Source: an uncultured Nitrososphaeraceae archaeon
Lineage (GTDB): Archaea > Thermoproteota > Nitrososphaeria > Nitrososphaerales > Nitrososphaeraceae
Reading direction: 5' to 3'
DNA length: 64,000 nucleotides
NCBI GenBank assembly: GCA_963765895.1
Contig: CAVXZB010000047.1
Coordinates: 55,247-119,246, forward strand
Position 1 is the first letter of the stretch; each line of letters opens with the position of its first letter. The notes under the pieces are model-generated. The model had not been told where the DNA came from, did no database searches, and saw only the letters and a list, made by a program, of their open reading frames with translations. This document shows, one piece after another, positions 11,733 to 24,498 of this stretch. A program made the position numbers and the translations under genes.

Positions 11733-12450
11733 TCTAAAAAAACATCATCGGACATATATGTGTCACTAGAGATATTCATACTTTAGTAGAGGCAGTTATT
11801 CTGATTATTCAGAATATTTTTAGGAGTATCTTTGATGCAAAGTAGATCTATTTGCGAACTCAATCAAATACTTGACTATGTAAACAAATCAATCCAGATC
11901 AGAATCTCCATATTTATCTGCAGTCACAACCACAAACGCAATGATAAAAGCAAAAGAGTATTTAGCCCATTGATGCAATTAAGGTATATGTTATATGTGC
12001 CTGTAAGAGAAGGCAATATACACATGAGAATTATGTCACTATGGTTCTCTCGCTAAATATCACCATCTTGTAGATATTCTCTCTTACACACATCCTATGT
12101 ATAGTGCATCTAGCGCCATTACTCCTTTATTAAAGTACATTCCTGTTTCACATATGTACATCCACTCACAAATGCTACAGTTGCTTTACTAGACTCATCT
12201 TCTCCTTATTCTTCTTTCTAGTCACTGCTACAACAGCGGCGCCAAAAATTGCACAAACAGTTCCTGCTATCGCTACCATAATCTGATGGCTCTCTGTAAA
12301 TAGTAAATAGTAACGATGCAATTGCTGACCCAAACATTATTTCCATGCAACCGACTAAGCAAATGTACTATATCTAATATCCTCAGCAGCATGTTTAAGA
12401 AATCATACATAGGTATATCCTGCTAGTATAAATTTGACGCATTTGGATTA

Positions 12451-13032
12451 TCAAAGGTGATATCCCTGCCCAATAACTTTACGTCTTAAACGTGCACCAA
12501 ATTCTATTAACGCAGAATTGGTTTGATCGTCATTCTTTCTCATATAGTAGTAAAGCTCTTCCATGGCGGCATGATAATCGATACCAATATTTTGTGCAAT
12601 TTCCAACGCAATAGCAGAAATCAGTAATTTCCGTAAAACAAGATCGTATCCATAATTTACTAGTTCAGAAGATTTCTCTTCTAGAAAATTCTTAAAATTT
12701 GAGTCTATATATTTGTCTTTAGCATTCCTGCTCTTCAGTACAAATGGTATGGCCATCATCCTTCGCTTCATGTGGATATCTTCTACCATTTCCACAAATG
12801 CATCATTTAGGTTTGGATCATGAAGAAGAATCTGAGACAGTAGATCAGAAGCATCCAATTCGCTTATGTGCATCTTATTAACTAACTCAAACAATATATG
12901 ACATGCTGCGCATCCATTTTGTTTAATTACTGAAGGATTAGTAACTAGATTATTCACTTGTTGCAAAATGATTTCTTTGCCTATTTTTAGGATCTCACTC
13001 TCATCCGAACTATCCATATTCTTAAACAACAC
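12451..13032 (-). CDS. Hypothetical alpha-helical protein with a CxxCH motif
   Basis: 193-aa ORF with GCAACHIL; no signal peptide. Confidence 0.75.
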   Translation of the reverse strand: MLFKNMDSSDESEILKIGKEIILQQVNNLVTNPSVIKQNGCAACHILFELVNKMHISELDASDLLSQILLHDPNLNDAFVEMVEDIHMKRRMMAIPFVLKSRNAKDKYIDSNFKNFLEEKSSELVNYGYDLVLRKLLISAIALEIAQNIGIDYHAAMEELYYYMRKNDDQTNSALIEFGARLRRKVIGQGYHL

Positions 13033-13444
13033 TTTAGAAAATATAATTGCTATCTATATTTTTAAGTTGAAGATGTATGAAATGACTGGACCTTCTGATC
13101 ACAGAACAAGCTTAGTCTATCACTATACTCTGAGATGTTGCCTTACTCATTTTCATCTCATGTCTATTAATACTACCTAATAATAAATTAAGGAGTTTAT
13201 TAGTTTACTAAGAAATTCCTATATTATGAGAGGTTAGACAAATAATGCTGTCAGTGATTATGGATCTCAATTCCCCGTCCAGCAAATGGTTAAGTATGGT
13301 TTTTCCAATGAAGTTTGCTAGCGCTAGAAAATGAATGTCTATTTTGTATCATACTGTATATTATCACACAGACTCTATTATATAAGAAATCTGCCGACGC
13401 TTCTAAATATATAAGGTGAAAAGACAATGAACGGACATTCTAAG

Positions 13445-13580
13445 CAAGGAAGAGAAATTGAAGAATTAAATCTGTCGCTAAGACAGCGTGACAAAGTAAA
13501 AGATGATGCAATAGCACAATTATCAGACCAACTTGAAGCCATTACAGGAATATTACATGAATTGGAGAGAAGACAAATAA
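13445..13580 (+). repeat. Dispersed repeat copy 1: integrase-like C-terminal coiled-coil remnant
   Basis: EIEELNLSLRQRDKVKDDAIAQLSDQLEAITGILHELERRQ; similar DNA at about 31965 and 51310. Confidence 0.7.
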
Positions 13581-13941
13581 CAGCATAGGTACATTATGAT
13601 TGAAATAACAAAAGTAATGAAAATTATGTAACGTGATATACAGAACAGTCCAATGACAACGTCACTTATGATAGGACAATCAAAGGATGATTATTTAGCC
13701 GGCCGAAAGAGAGGTGCATAATGCCAGATATTACTTTGAATATGATCCTGATAACGCCGACTTTAACTTCATGCCTCATCTTCCTTTCCTTTAGTTTTTT
13801 ATTCTCATAATTGGAAGAACCCTCAGAGTTGTTTTTCATCTATACTCAAACCTCGGAGCTTGTCCAGGAATACCTTTAAAGGACATATTATGAGGCACAT
13901 GTGCAAGCATATCACCTAAGACAAGATAATTGATGCCTATT

Positions 13942-15140
13942 TCAAAAAATTCTGTGATGAGGATGATGTCTCAGATCAATTATAATCTGTATTGCGCAAA
14001 TTACCGATATAATTAAGATTAATGCTAATGGTAAGATTGGAATTGCCAGTATGGGAACAAGAAGTATTACAAATCCGGCTATAAATCTGTAAACTGACCC
14101 TTGAACGATAAGCCTTCTTCTTGTGTTACTATGTCTATTAATGTGGCTACTACTACCCTCACGATCCTCATCACCGTTGTGACTTGCACTGGCTATAGTA
14201 AACTGGATAACTCCAATTGAGAATAAGCATAGCGATACAGAACCACAGATTAACCATTCACCTGCGTAAGATAATGCTATATTTTGAGATGCTGACACAA
14301 TGTATCTTATACCTGTTGCAGTACATACCAATCCTATAACTAAAGGAAAGTGGACATAGAGCCATGTTATATAGATCCTTATTCTTCCCTTTTGACGAAA
14401 TGCACGAATCGGAGCTCCATCGGTATTATCAAAGTATAACCACCAAAGACCAAAAGCTATGCTTAAACCAGCTCCTATGGATATCGTAGACTCTAGATCC
14501 CATTCATGGTAAGATAGAATACTCACAAGACCAAATATTGTCTCTCCTATTACAATCAAAGTAAAGAGTCCCATTCGTTCAGGTAAATGAAAGAAATTTG
14601 GAGCCAATTGTACGTGCTTTCTTCCCACTATAAATGTGGTGGCAATATCTATGGCTATTGCTAATGACCAAATTATGAAACGGATAGGAATGGGAATAGC
14701 TGCTGATATCAGCCATAGTATTGCAGAAATCAGAAAACCTTGTGTGTATCCCCTGGCAAACTTACTAGCAGCAGGTATCTTGCGACCTGCACGTATATAC
14801 TCGATTACCAGAAGAATTCTTATTGCAGCATATGATATCGCAAACTTGTCTGATGTTTCAGCCAACGCCCCATGTATGTTAATGGTAAGAGCTGCAGCTC
14901 CCATCATCTGAAGAAATACTAATAGACGATGGACTAAATCGTCAGTCTCAAACCTAGCCGAGTAAAAAGTAAGCCCTACCCATGCCCACATTACAGGAAC
15001 AAAGAGTGCTATATGTCCAAGAAATGCTGTAATAGAATTAGTATTATCATGTAAAGTCAAACCTATCTGGGAAACAGCAAGCAGCAAACACCAAATCGTA
15101 GAAAAGTTCTAGCCATGAGGCATGACGTTCTTTTTCTACG
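13942..15140 (-). CDS. ltrA: Low temperature requirement protein A (LtrA) family membrane protein, N-terminal frameshift
   Basis: ERHASWLELFYDLVF upstream in another frame (extra T near 15080); HLPERMGLFTLIVIGE and LWWLYFD motifs. Confidence 0.85.
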
Positions 15141-15249
15141 TTGGTCAATATACTATGATCACCATAAAGTCATGTTCAAATAAACTGCTACTTGCAAATC
15201 ATCATAATTGGTCTAAACAGGGATGTTTACTTACCAGCCTTTTTATCAG

Positions 15250-15525
15250 TTATACAGTCATGTCAAGTGACGGTTGCTTGAAATCTGATACACCTTGTCC
15301 AATTTGTTTGACTATAGCTGAAAAATCTATACCCAATGTAAAGGGAAATTGAAGTGGTATCATTTGTTGTAAGTAACCTTCACGAATTTTCCAATCTACT
15401 GGATTTACGCCAGCTGCTTTTACGTTAACCAAAACTTTTCCAGAAGAAAAAGTTGATTCAGGTGTGTTTTGGTTAATCTCAATAACCTCGCTCCCTCCGT
15501 ACCTGTTAATTTGAGCAGACTTCAT
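15250..15525 (-). pseudogene. NADP-dependent oxidoreductase (MDR, GroES-like N-terminal domain), truncated
   Basis: VLVNVKAAGVNPVDWKIREG...PFTLGIDFS; Rossmann domain missing. Confidence 0.8.
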
Positions 15526-16109
15526 TAGCATATGTTAAAGCACGAGATATTAAAGAGTGTATGAAAATATGAGTGCAGGATTGGTTTGATAGATATCGAG
15601 ATTTATGGAAATAGATTTCACTCAGAATTATCTGATCAAATCTAATATTAATTCTGAAAAGATCGGCCTGATTTTCTATCCATAAGTCTAGAGAAGCTAG
15701 ACACAGCAATCCCGAATATGCACCACGACTTGGCTAGATAATAGAATCTTGTAAATCAGATTATATCGACATTGTATCAGATCGAGGATAATTATATCAT
15801 AAAAAAGTGTTTCTAATAAGACGACAGATTATGATAGAACCGTTATCAATACCATTGACCCTAGTCTAAAGTAATTGCAGTAAATATGAAAAAGAAGTAT
15901 GTATTGAATTTTTGATCAAATCATGATGTTGATGAATCTTGCAATCAATAATTTAGTCCTGTAGAGTTATTCTGAATTTCATAGACGATGCAGTTGTAAA
16001 CATTTTTCGGTAAGTACTACTTCATATTGTTCTAATATCGAATAAGGTGTTGTCTCAATTAACCTGAATTCGCAAGTAGGAGAAATTATTGTACTTGGAG
16101 ACAGACGAG

Positions 16110-16538
16110 TTACTTCTTTTTTATTATATTAGAGTGATACTCTACCATCTCTCCAATTGCTGCGTTATAGTTCTTTACATGCTCCTTTAAAAGTTCTGTA
16201 GACTTTGCCATAATCTTATTTTGTATGTTCATCCAATTAATCAAATTTCTTGTATACTCATTTGAATGATTTATCATATTTTCTGTATTTGTCGTAGCTG
16301 TGCTAGGTACCTGGGAGTATGAGTGAGAATTTGAAAAATATTCTTTTTGAATAGAGAGTGCACTCTCGTACGCGAGCTTGATTGATTTCAAATATTCTTG
16401 CTGTAGATCGGTTACTGCCTGTACGTGCTGCTGCATAGACTTGGCAAATTCCTCTGATAGCTTTTTATAATTTTCATTAGCTACTTCGTTCAACTTATTC
16501 ATTGGAACACTATCGCTCTGTTTCTTTTCGCTGGCCAT
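16110..16538 (-). CDS. Hypothetical amphipathic coiled-coil protein (phasin-like)
   Basis: 142-aa helical, Q/N/E/K-rich ORF. Confidence 0.55.
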   Translation of the reverse strand: MASEKKQSDSVPMNKLNEVANENYKKLSEEFAKSMQQHVQAVTDLQQEYLKSIKLAYESALSIQKEYFSNSHSYSQVPSTATTNTENMINHSNEYTRNLINWMNIQNKIMAKSTELLKEHVKNYNAAIGEMVEYHSNIIKKK

Positions 16539-17026
16539 ATACTGATCATTTATGACAGTAGTATATAGCCCTAACTTTCACCATAATCTGTAAGTTTCTG
16601 ACAGGGCTCTTTTTCCATCTTTAATATACTAAATAATTCTGTCCTGCTTCCGCCTTCCGTATCTGACATTTGCATAATTGTCCTGTTATCCGCATCATTA
16701 TTTGACATGATCTATCTATCTTTATTGCTGCTTATCTCATTAAATGCAACTACGTTTCTCCTTTCTCTTGTCTTCATAGAAGTCCATACGTAGTAATTTT
16801 ATTCTGATAAAAGCGACTGTAATTTCTATCATTCTTTATTAGATTCTGTAGCTGTCCATATAGTTTGGGTTTTCTATCTTGGTGATTTTGACTACAGGTC
16901 CTAACAGCCAACTCCTTGTCTATGTTGACTAATGCCCCCATCTTACGTCTTTTCCCTGTATAATCTAGTTTACCAACTATGATACCCAAAAACCTATTTA
17001 TCAGATAGTATGTCGCTAAAGATGTC

Positions 17027-18060
17027 TTGGTACAGAAAGTCTATAATAAATCTCCAAATAGCACCAAAATTGCATGGTTCCTTGGTATAACCATCGTCAT
17101 TGCTGTACTAATATCTTCTTCAATATTTATAAAAAATGGCTACTCAATACCAGTAGTAGAGCTGCAGTCTTCATCCTCTAGTCACGGTGAAAAAATATTT
17201 GTCATGTATGCAGGCTCTCTTGTAAAGATATTTGAACAAGATCTAGGTCCAGCATTTCAGAATAAAACAGGTTATACATATACTGGAGAAGGAAGAGATT
17301 CGCTGCAAATTGCAAATATGATTTTAGATGGTCAGAGAGGGCCAGATGTATTTGTTAGCGCTGGCACAATTCCTATTAACAAACTGATAAACTCAACTGG
17401 TAGTGTTGCTAGTAAATTGCCACTCGCTCATGGTTTAGCCAAGTTAGCATCTGCTGAAATGGTAATTGCATATTCTCATACCAGCAAGTTTCATGCAGAT
17501 TTAGATAAGGCAAAGAAGGGACTTGTACCATGGTACCAGGTCTTATCAGAACCAGGCTTCAAATTTGGAAGAACAAATCCTGATTTAGATCCGAAGGGAT
17601 ACTACACAATAATCATGTCCAAACTTGCTAATTCATACTATAATGACACTAGCATCAAACAAAAAATTCTGGGAGACGATAAGAATCCAAAACAACTCTT
17701 TCCAGAGGAAACTCTTATAACCACTCTGGAGACCGGGCACCTAGATGCATAGCAGCATACAAACATGAAGCAATAGCAAGAGGACTCCAATACATAACGC
17801 TACCTCCTCAGATTAATCTCGGCAATCCATCGTATTCTAATTTCTATAAAACTACTACATATACCCTGCCTAGTGGTCAAACAGTTCGCGGCGAACCAGT
17901 ATACTTTTCAGTGACGATACCAGATACCTACAAAAATCTAGCAGGCGCCAAGGCTTTTGTAAAGTTCTTACTGTCATCCGATGGTTCAAGTATTTTACAG
18001 CGGGATGGTTTAGATCATATCAAGCCTGTTGTTCAGGGACACGTGTGTGGGACATGTTAA
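17027..18060 (+). CDS. Molybdate/tungstate ABC transporter substrate-binding protein (WtpA/ModA-like), frameshifted near 17750
   Basis: YAGSL, PDVFVSA, FGRTNPDLDPKGY; continuation AAYKHEAIARGLQYITLPPQINLG...AKAFVKFLLS in a shifted frame to TAA 18060. Confidence 0.85.
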
Positions 18061-18584
18061 CTTGACGAGATATTAGTGGATTGACTTGATGATTTCGTCT
18101 GTCATATGACTACTCTCCTTCTTATATTCAATGCCAAATTACCTAACATCTGCAGACTATTTTTGATTAATATTTGCTCTCAATTACTAACTAAATCCCT
18201 TCTTTCCTTTTTCGCAACTTTTTAATTAGACTACTGGTAGGATACAATCCCATGATTATTATGAAACGGAACATAGAATTGACCGTGATCAGGTAGTCAA
18301 CCTGCCCACCAGTGTTTTTATCTATATGCAGCATTCCTTAAGGAGACCAAGTATTATGATTTATTTGTAGACCATTTTTTAATTTCATGTGAAGTTAACT
18401 CCCTGCTGTTTTTCTCTTGTTTTTATTGTCTTTGCTTTTCTCAGTCTGATCGTTGTCTGACTCTGCTTTACTGTAATTTTGTGGTAAGCCATGAAGTGTC
18501 CTGACATATCTCTAGTTAGAGTGACAGATCCTTTATACATCCTTGGTCTAATCTTTCATTAGTTGTCTCTTTTTCCTTTGATAA

Positions 18585-19212
18585 TGTCCCAGAGGATTTC
18601 AGCAGTGGTCGTTATCTGAGTTATTTAAAAAGTTATGGACTAGATTGTTAAGAGCATATGATGACCTAGTAGGCGTTCAATGGCACTGGCAATCACTTGA
18701 TAGTGTATCTGTAAAGGCACCTTTAGGGGGGAAATGACCTGCCCTAATCCTACAGAAAGAGGCAAATTAGGAACAAAACGTCATGTATTAACTGATGGAC
18801 AAGGTATTCCATTATCTGTTGTCATAACTGTGGCCAATACCCATGATATGAAGGCTGCTATAAGTGTGCTGGATAATATTGTAGTTAAAAGACCATCATA
18901 TAAGATGTGTAAAACGAAACAAAATCTCTGTCTTGATAAAGGATATGACTTTCAGGAGATTGAGAATAGTGTTATCAAGAAAGGATGCTGTCTACATATT
19001 CCACATAGAGGAGAACAAACAATAACAAATGGTAGTCATCACAATCATATTAAAAGAAGATGGGTTGTAGAAAGAACTAATTCTTGGCACAACAGATTCA
19101 GGAAACTTTTGGTTAGATATGAGAAGAAGATAGAAAACTACTTTGCATTAGTATTAGTATGTTTGGGTTGTTGTATTGTTATATACAGGAGGATAACTTT
19201 GGGTAGGCTCAG
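18585..19212 (+). mobile_element. IS5-family transposase, 5'-truncated
   Basis: RFQQW...WQSLDSVSVKAPLGG, then a frame change at a G7 run, then PNPTERGKLGTKRHVLTDGQGIPL, LDKGYD, RWVVERTNSWHNRFRKL. Confidence 0.88.
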
Positions 19213-19788
19213 TGATATGGCTGGATTTCGTCTGATGACAGTCAACGTGAAGTCGCTGGTACTGCAACCAACATGATTTGAGCGATTATGGTAGCCAATT
19301 GCAGTAATTGCGCCAGCCAGCGACGAGAATTGCGCTGCAAATATAGCTAAACTACTATTTTACCTCGACTTAACCTTGTTATCTAATACATAATAGAAGA
19401 GTGAGGATAGGTACAGCACTTATTAGTTCAAGACTGGATTATTCAATTTGATCATAGTCATCCTCCCGTAGTCCCCCTAAAGGCTGGATTATGCAATTGT
19501 AGTATATGTTTCAAAAAGATGACTAGGACTTGGAAATATGCCCTTACTAAAGAATAGAGAACCGGCCCAATCAGTAAGTAATCATTTTTATGTCTTTTAC
19601 TCTGAGTCCTTATTAATCATAGAGATAATTGGTATTTGCATATCAAAAATGCGCCTGATACTTGCTGTCGTTAGGATCAACCTATTCGCCCTATCTTACC
19701 ATAACGACCAGGGCGAATTCGAATGATGCAAGTTATAACAACAAACAAAACGAGTTGTTAATATTATGGAACCGCCTAATAGAATTGT

Positions 19789-19900
19789 ATGAAATTTGAT
19801 TTCTTTACCAGAAGAAATTCCAGTGCATTAAATGTGGCGAAAGTTCAAGGGTGAAACAGAACTGATGCAACATTCGAAGCTAGATCATGGGGTAAAATGA
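19789..19900 (+). pseudogene. Small C2H2 zinc-finger protein with a 1-nt frameshift
   Basis: KKFQCIKCGE / KFKGETELMQHSKLDHGVK* after restoring one A near 19840. Confidence 0.55.
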
Positions 19901-20176
19901 CAGCATAGAATGTTTTCTTCTGCTACGCCATCATGCAAGATATGGATTAAAGTTATTCAAATAGTTTTCTGTTTATAATATCAGCATTTAAGTTAATAGA
20001 GTCAATAATATTATTATACGTTTAAAAGTAGTGGTAAGTATGTAAATGCAGCTATAGTGACTAGCAGCCTCAATACTAAATGCAGTTACTAGCACATAAG
20101 ATCGTTAACAACGTTAACCTATGTTTATTAACAATAATAATGCTACTAAATCTGCTAAAGGTGAATAGTATGCGCC

Positions 20177-21568
20177 TTGTTACCGGAACATGATAATAAT
20201 AGAGCAGATCAATTAAAGATAAAGATAACAATAAAACAAGGTCCAGCTAGTTCTATCAAGCCAAATTATAGGAGCCTGCGAAAACATACAAGTAAAAATT
20301 TTAAGCAAATATTCATTTTATCGTTTTATGCACTTGATAGAAAGGCCAGATCTGCTCTCACTATCTTGATGGTCGTTGTAGGAAGTGCATTGATGGTAGC
20401 CCTTAACGGAATGAGTGCAGGTCAGGCTACCTTCTTAAATAAACAACTAAATACATTGGCACCCAACATTATCTTTGTCAGCTCAGGTCAAAATGGTTTT
20501 CGTGCTGGGTCCGCAAGCACACCAACCATCGTACTGAATTCTCAGGTAGTAAATAGACTAAAATCTCTTCCATTCGTACAAGATGTGGTTCCATCATACC
20601 AAGGACAACTTGAGTTAAATGCACAGGGTAATATCTTAAATGCCCAAGTACTAGCTATGGATCCTCAAAAAGTATATCTGATTGATCCTTCATTGCAGTT
20701 GGTAGCTGGCTCTTCAATACAATCCAATAATCCTTCTGGAATGCTTGTAGGAGATACGGTTGCTAACCCTCCTGGCAAGTCAACACCCTTTGTTACAATT
20801 GGTCAAACTGTCAGGGCAACTTTTACATTCGTTGACTCTAAAACTGGAAAGACCGAGCAACAATCTAAGAGTTTTGTGATTAGTGGCATAATCCAGCCGA
20901 CAGGAAATAATCAGATAGATAATAGAGTCATAATAAATGAACCAACTGGTAATTCTCTCTTCTACAAAGCAGGAAGATATGATCAAATGGTTGTAGCTGC
21001 CTTATCGGCTGATTACGTAGCTACTGTACAGCAAGAGATCACGGGCCTTTACGGCAACAATATCGGTGTCATAACGCCAAAGGCAATACTTCAAACAAGG
21101 CAGCGATTTCAAAGTGGAAACAGCGCATTTACAGTCGCAATAGCCTTTATTGCGCTGCTCGTGGGCGCTGTTGGGATAATTACCACGCTTTATACATCTG
21201 TCACAGAAAGGACCAAAGAGATTGGAACAATGAAGGCTATTGGCACAAAAAGTAGATTTATTCTTACCTTATTCATTGCTGAGGCTCTATTTATTGGTCT
21301 CATAGGTTCTACATTTGGAATTCTAAGTGGTATCGGAGGAGCATATGTCTTGACTTCAGGGTTTGCCCCAACCGCACCAGGACAGGGTGGAGGTGGAGCA
21401 GGAGGTAGTGGTCAAGGAAATGCAGCAACATCTCATCCTAACCCAATATTTGTTCCAGGTGATTTATTCAATGTCTGGATTCTTTCAACTATCCTGAGTT
21501 TAGGAGCTGGTCTGTTTCCTGCATGGAAAGCCTCACGTTTATCTCCCTTGGAGGCACTAAGGAGATAA
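20177..21568 (+). CDS. ABC transporter permease, MacB/FtsX family
   Basis: RSALTILMVVVG, SVTERTKEIGTMKAIG, PAWKASRLSPLEALR; exact start uncertain; no ATPase gene adjacent. Confidence 0.92.
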   Translation: MLPEHDNNRADQLKIKITIKQGPASSIKPNYRSLRKHTSKNFKQIFILSFYALDRKARSALTILMVVVGSALMVALNGMSAGQATFLNKQLNTLAPNIIFVSSGQNGFRAGSASTPTIVLNSQVVNRLKSLPFVQDVVPSYQGQLELNAQGNILNAQVLAMDPQKVYLIDPSLQLVAGSSIQSNNPSGMLVGDTVANPPGKSTPFVTIGQTVRATFTFVDSKTGKTEQQSKSFVISGIIQPTGNNQIDNRVIINEPTGNSLFYKAGRYDQMVVAALSADYVATVQQEITGLYGNNIGVITPKAILQTRQRFQSGNSAFTVAIAFIALLVGAVGIITTLYTSVTERTKEIGTMKAIGTKSRFILTLFIAEALFIGLIGSTFGILSGIGGAYVLTSGFAPTAPGQGGGGAGGSGQGNAATSHPNPIFVPGDLFNVWILSTILSLGAGLFPAWKASRLSPLEALRR

Positions 21569-22004
21569 CTTGTTCCTTTCCAGGCAACGTTTTATACTAT
21601 CAATATTGAAAGAGTAAGAGTAAGAAGTTTTAATGTCATGTTAAGTCATACAGGCAAACATAATCAGAACTAAGGTTAATCAATCTCTTAATATAATTAC
21701 TCTAATATACGCAATGACAAAGATAAAAGACATAAATTGGAAACCCACTTCTAGGGTTTTAGATTAATGATCTATAGTCAATAATATGGACGAAACTTGT
21801 ATAGGGTCATTTATAACTAATTTTGAGATAGATAGAATAACCAGTACCAAATTCTGTCCAGATGACAACTTGCATGTTCTTAGGTATTTTAATGAAAACT
21901 AAGATAATGTTAAAATATGATTAATTAAATATATCTAGGAAATCAATTTAGTTACTAAATTGGCTATTTGACGATTTTATCAATAGCAAAGATTGATTCT
22001 ATTT

Positions 22005-22731
22005 TTGCGCACCCGCGCATGGGGCATCAGGTGTATGTATATCTCCTCTAGCATACCAATCTAGATGATCGTCTGAAAGAGAATCTGCAGATATTACCTT
22101 GACATAACCGGTTATCCCTACGTTTTTCCAAGGCTCTTGTCCAGGAAGAGTATACACACCCATTCTAACTTCATTGCCAAATTTGCTATCTGTAGGCCTA
22201 CCTCCCACTTGCCATGATCAGTCTGGCTGCCTAGTAGTTTAAGAACCTGGATGGAAAATATCATCACTTGTCGGATCATTCATATTGATAAACCATTCTC
22301 TTCCACCAGGTTTTGTAGGATAGATTTCTCTTACCTTGAATTTGGGCGGTGTAGTTGTGGGAGAGATAGGTTCAGTAATTCCAAGATAATGAAGAGATAT
22401 AGCAATGGCTACACTTACTAGCACAATTGCGATAATTACAATTACTAATCATCGATTCTTGTTATTCATTTTGGGAGAAGTTATGTCCTCTTATCTCACC
22501 TTTTGGATTTTGTTGTGTATGAACATTTGCATAGGTATTACCATCTTCGATTAGTTTGACAAGATCTGATATTTGTTTGCCTTTCAATGGTCCTTCTAGA
22601 TTATTAGAAGTAATAGTTTCTTGTGCTAATATTCCGTTCTTGGGACCAGTAGGAGATGATGCATTAAATAAAGTCACAACAACAGGACCATTTTCACCTA
22701 ATTTACTTTGAATGAGCCATTGTAGCTTTGT
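22005..22731 (-). pseudogene. Inverted, decayed duplicate of the CHRD plus secreted-protein gene pair (about 659..1557)
   Basis: Near-identical peptides LEGPLKGKQISDLVKLIEDGNTYANVHTQQNPKGEIRG and DDHLDWYARGDIHTPDAPCAG; nonsense codons; intergenic spacer deleted. Confidence 0.9.
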
Positions 22732-23045
22732 ATTTCCAAACTAGAAAATAGATTACTACCTAAAAACTCAATACACTGAATCTCAGCTATGTAGATCGAC
22801 GAACAATAATCTATCTATACTCATATAGGAAGAATATGGCGATTTGATTAGAATAAGGTCAGTTGTTCTAATAGTCTAGTATAGCATGAGATGACGGTTT
22901 GTCCAGTATTTTTTGTTGAGATGTACAATATCAAGATAAGAGATATTAACTTATCATCTTATTTGGTGGATAACATTGTTAATCAATAATTTATAGTGCC
23001 AATCACGTAAATCTATTATCCCAATAATAAATAGAGACTGACAAA

Positions 23046-24498
23046 ATGACAAATCGAATGAAGATAAGCAATTCAAGATCATTGGCTATGTTGGCTGTTA
23101 TTTTCATGATTATAATTGCGCTAGTCATGTCCGCATCTAATGACGTTATGAATAAATCCAGCATTAGTAATGGAAGCCGGATTTCAGCTTTGCGTATGGC
23201 AGCGCTAGCTAAGGTATATGCTATTAAAACTCCATTGAGCAACGGCTTAGAAAATCTTCAAATAATCCCGAGATTGGCCAAGCGTAATGGTGAGACCTTT
23301 CAGGAACTAGCAGGTACTCAAACCAGACATGCCCGCTACTCTACCTCATTAACTGGAAAAGCAGATAAGGAAACTAGTCTTAATAGTTCATTAATAAATT
23401 ACTCTATGCCTTTGTCTTCATCTTTGCTCACATTAATGAAGTTAAGCTTCAATGGTAGCAATTATAATAATCATAGTAGCAACGCTAATACAATCAATAA
23501 CACTTCATCCTCATCCTCGGCCCAACCTTCCAACAGAATCGTTAGAAGAGAAATAGTGTCACAAACACAGTTAGCTAGAGAGACGATTCAGAACCGAGGA
23601 AGCGTCCCATCTGAAAAAGGCCCTCGTATAGCATTAATAAAACCTACTTTTACAGCTCCAGCATACGCAAATGGATTTTATAGGTTTTACAAACTTTATG
23701 ATAGTACACCAGTTGGCAAAAATGTTACTACAGATCTAAACTTATTATCCGTGCCAGTCAATGCATCATGGTATCCATCATTACCTTACGTGTTTTCAAT
23801 GTTAAAATTACTTAATGATATCAAAAGCATAAGTCATAATTCTAATATCACGATATATGATGACGCTGCCTGCAGACAATGGCTTTATGTTTACAAAGAA
23901 CGGGAGTAATGCATTTGACACTGTTATACTAGGGCATCAAGAGTATGTTACACAGAAAGAATATAATAACTTGAAAAGATTCGTTGCGGATGGTGGAACT
24001 ATGCTTATCTTGGATGGTAATGTATTTTATGCTGAAGTAAAATATGACCCTGTGAAGGATATTGTTAGCTTAGTCAAAGGCCACTATTGGGCATTTAATG
24101 GTAGAACTGCGTGGAAAAGTGTTGCTGAGAGATGGAAAAACGAAACCTCCCAATGGGTTGGAAGTAATTATCTATGTTTTCAGTGTGTAAAATCATTCCA
24201 AAATAATCCATTTGGCTATAAACCACATGAAGAACAATATCTAGACAATCCACATGATGTAGTGCTGTTTAACTACAATGCATCAATCCCTAGAACCTAT
24301 TTTCCAGTGTCATCCTCATCTGCGTCAGTAGGACAAGTCCAAACTAAGCCTATAATTGCCACCTACGAACTTGATTACAAAAAAGGACGAGTAATTACAC
24401 TGGGAATATACTCTGATGACATTGTTACTAATAGTAAATTTGATAACTATTTTGAAAAGCTACTATTGAAACAGGGAATCGCCGACATATCGGACTGA
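23046..24498 (+). CDS. Secreted protein with an N,N-dimethylformamidase beta-subunit-like domain, frameshifted near 23870
   Basis: Signal-like N-terminus; IALIKPTFTAPAY; ILGHQEYVTQKEYNNLKRFVADGGTMLILDGNVFYAEV. Confidence 0.7.
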
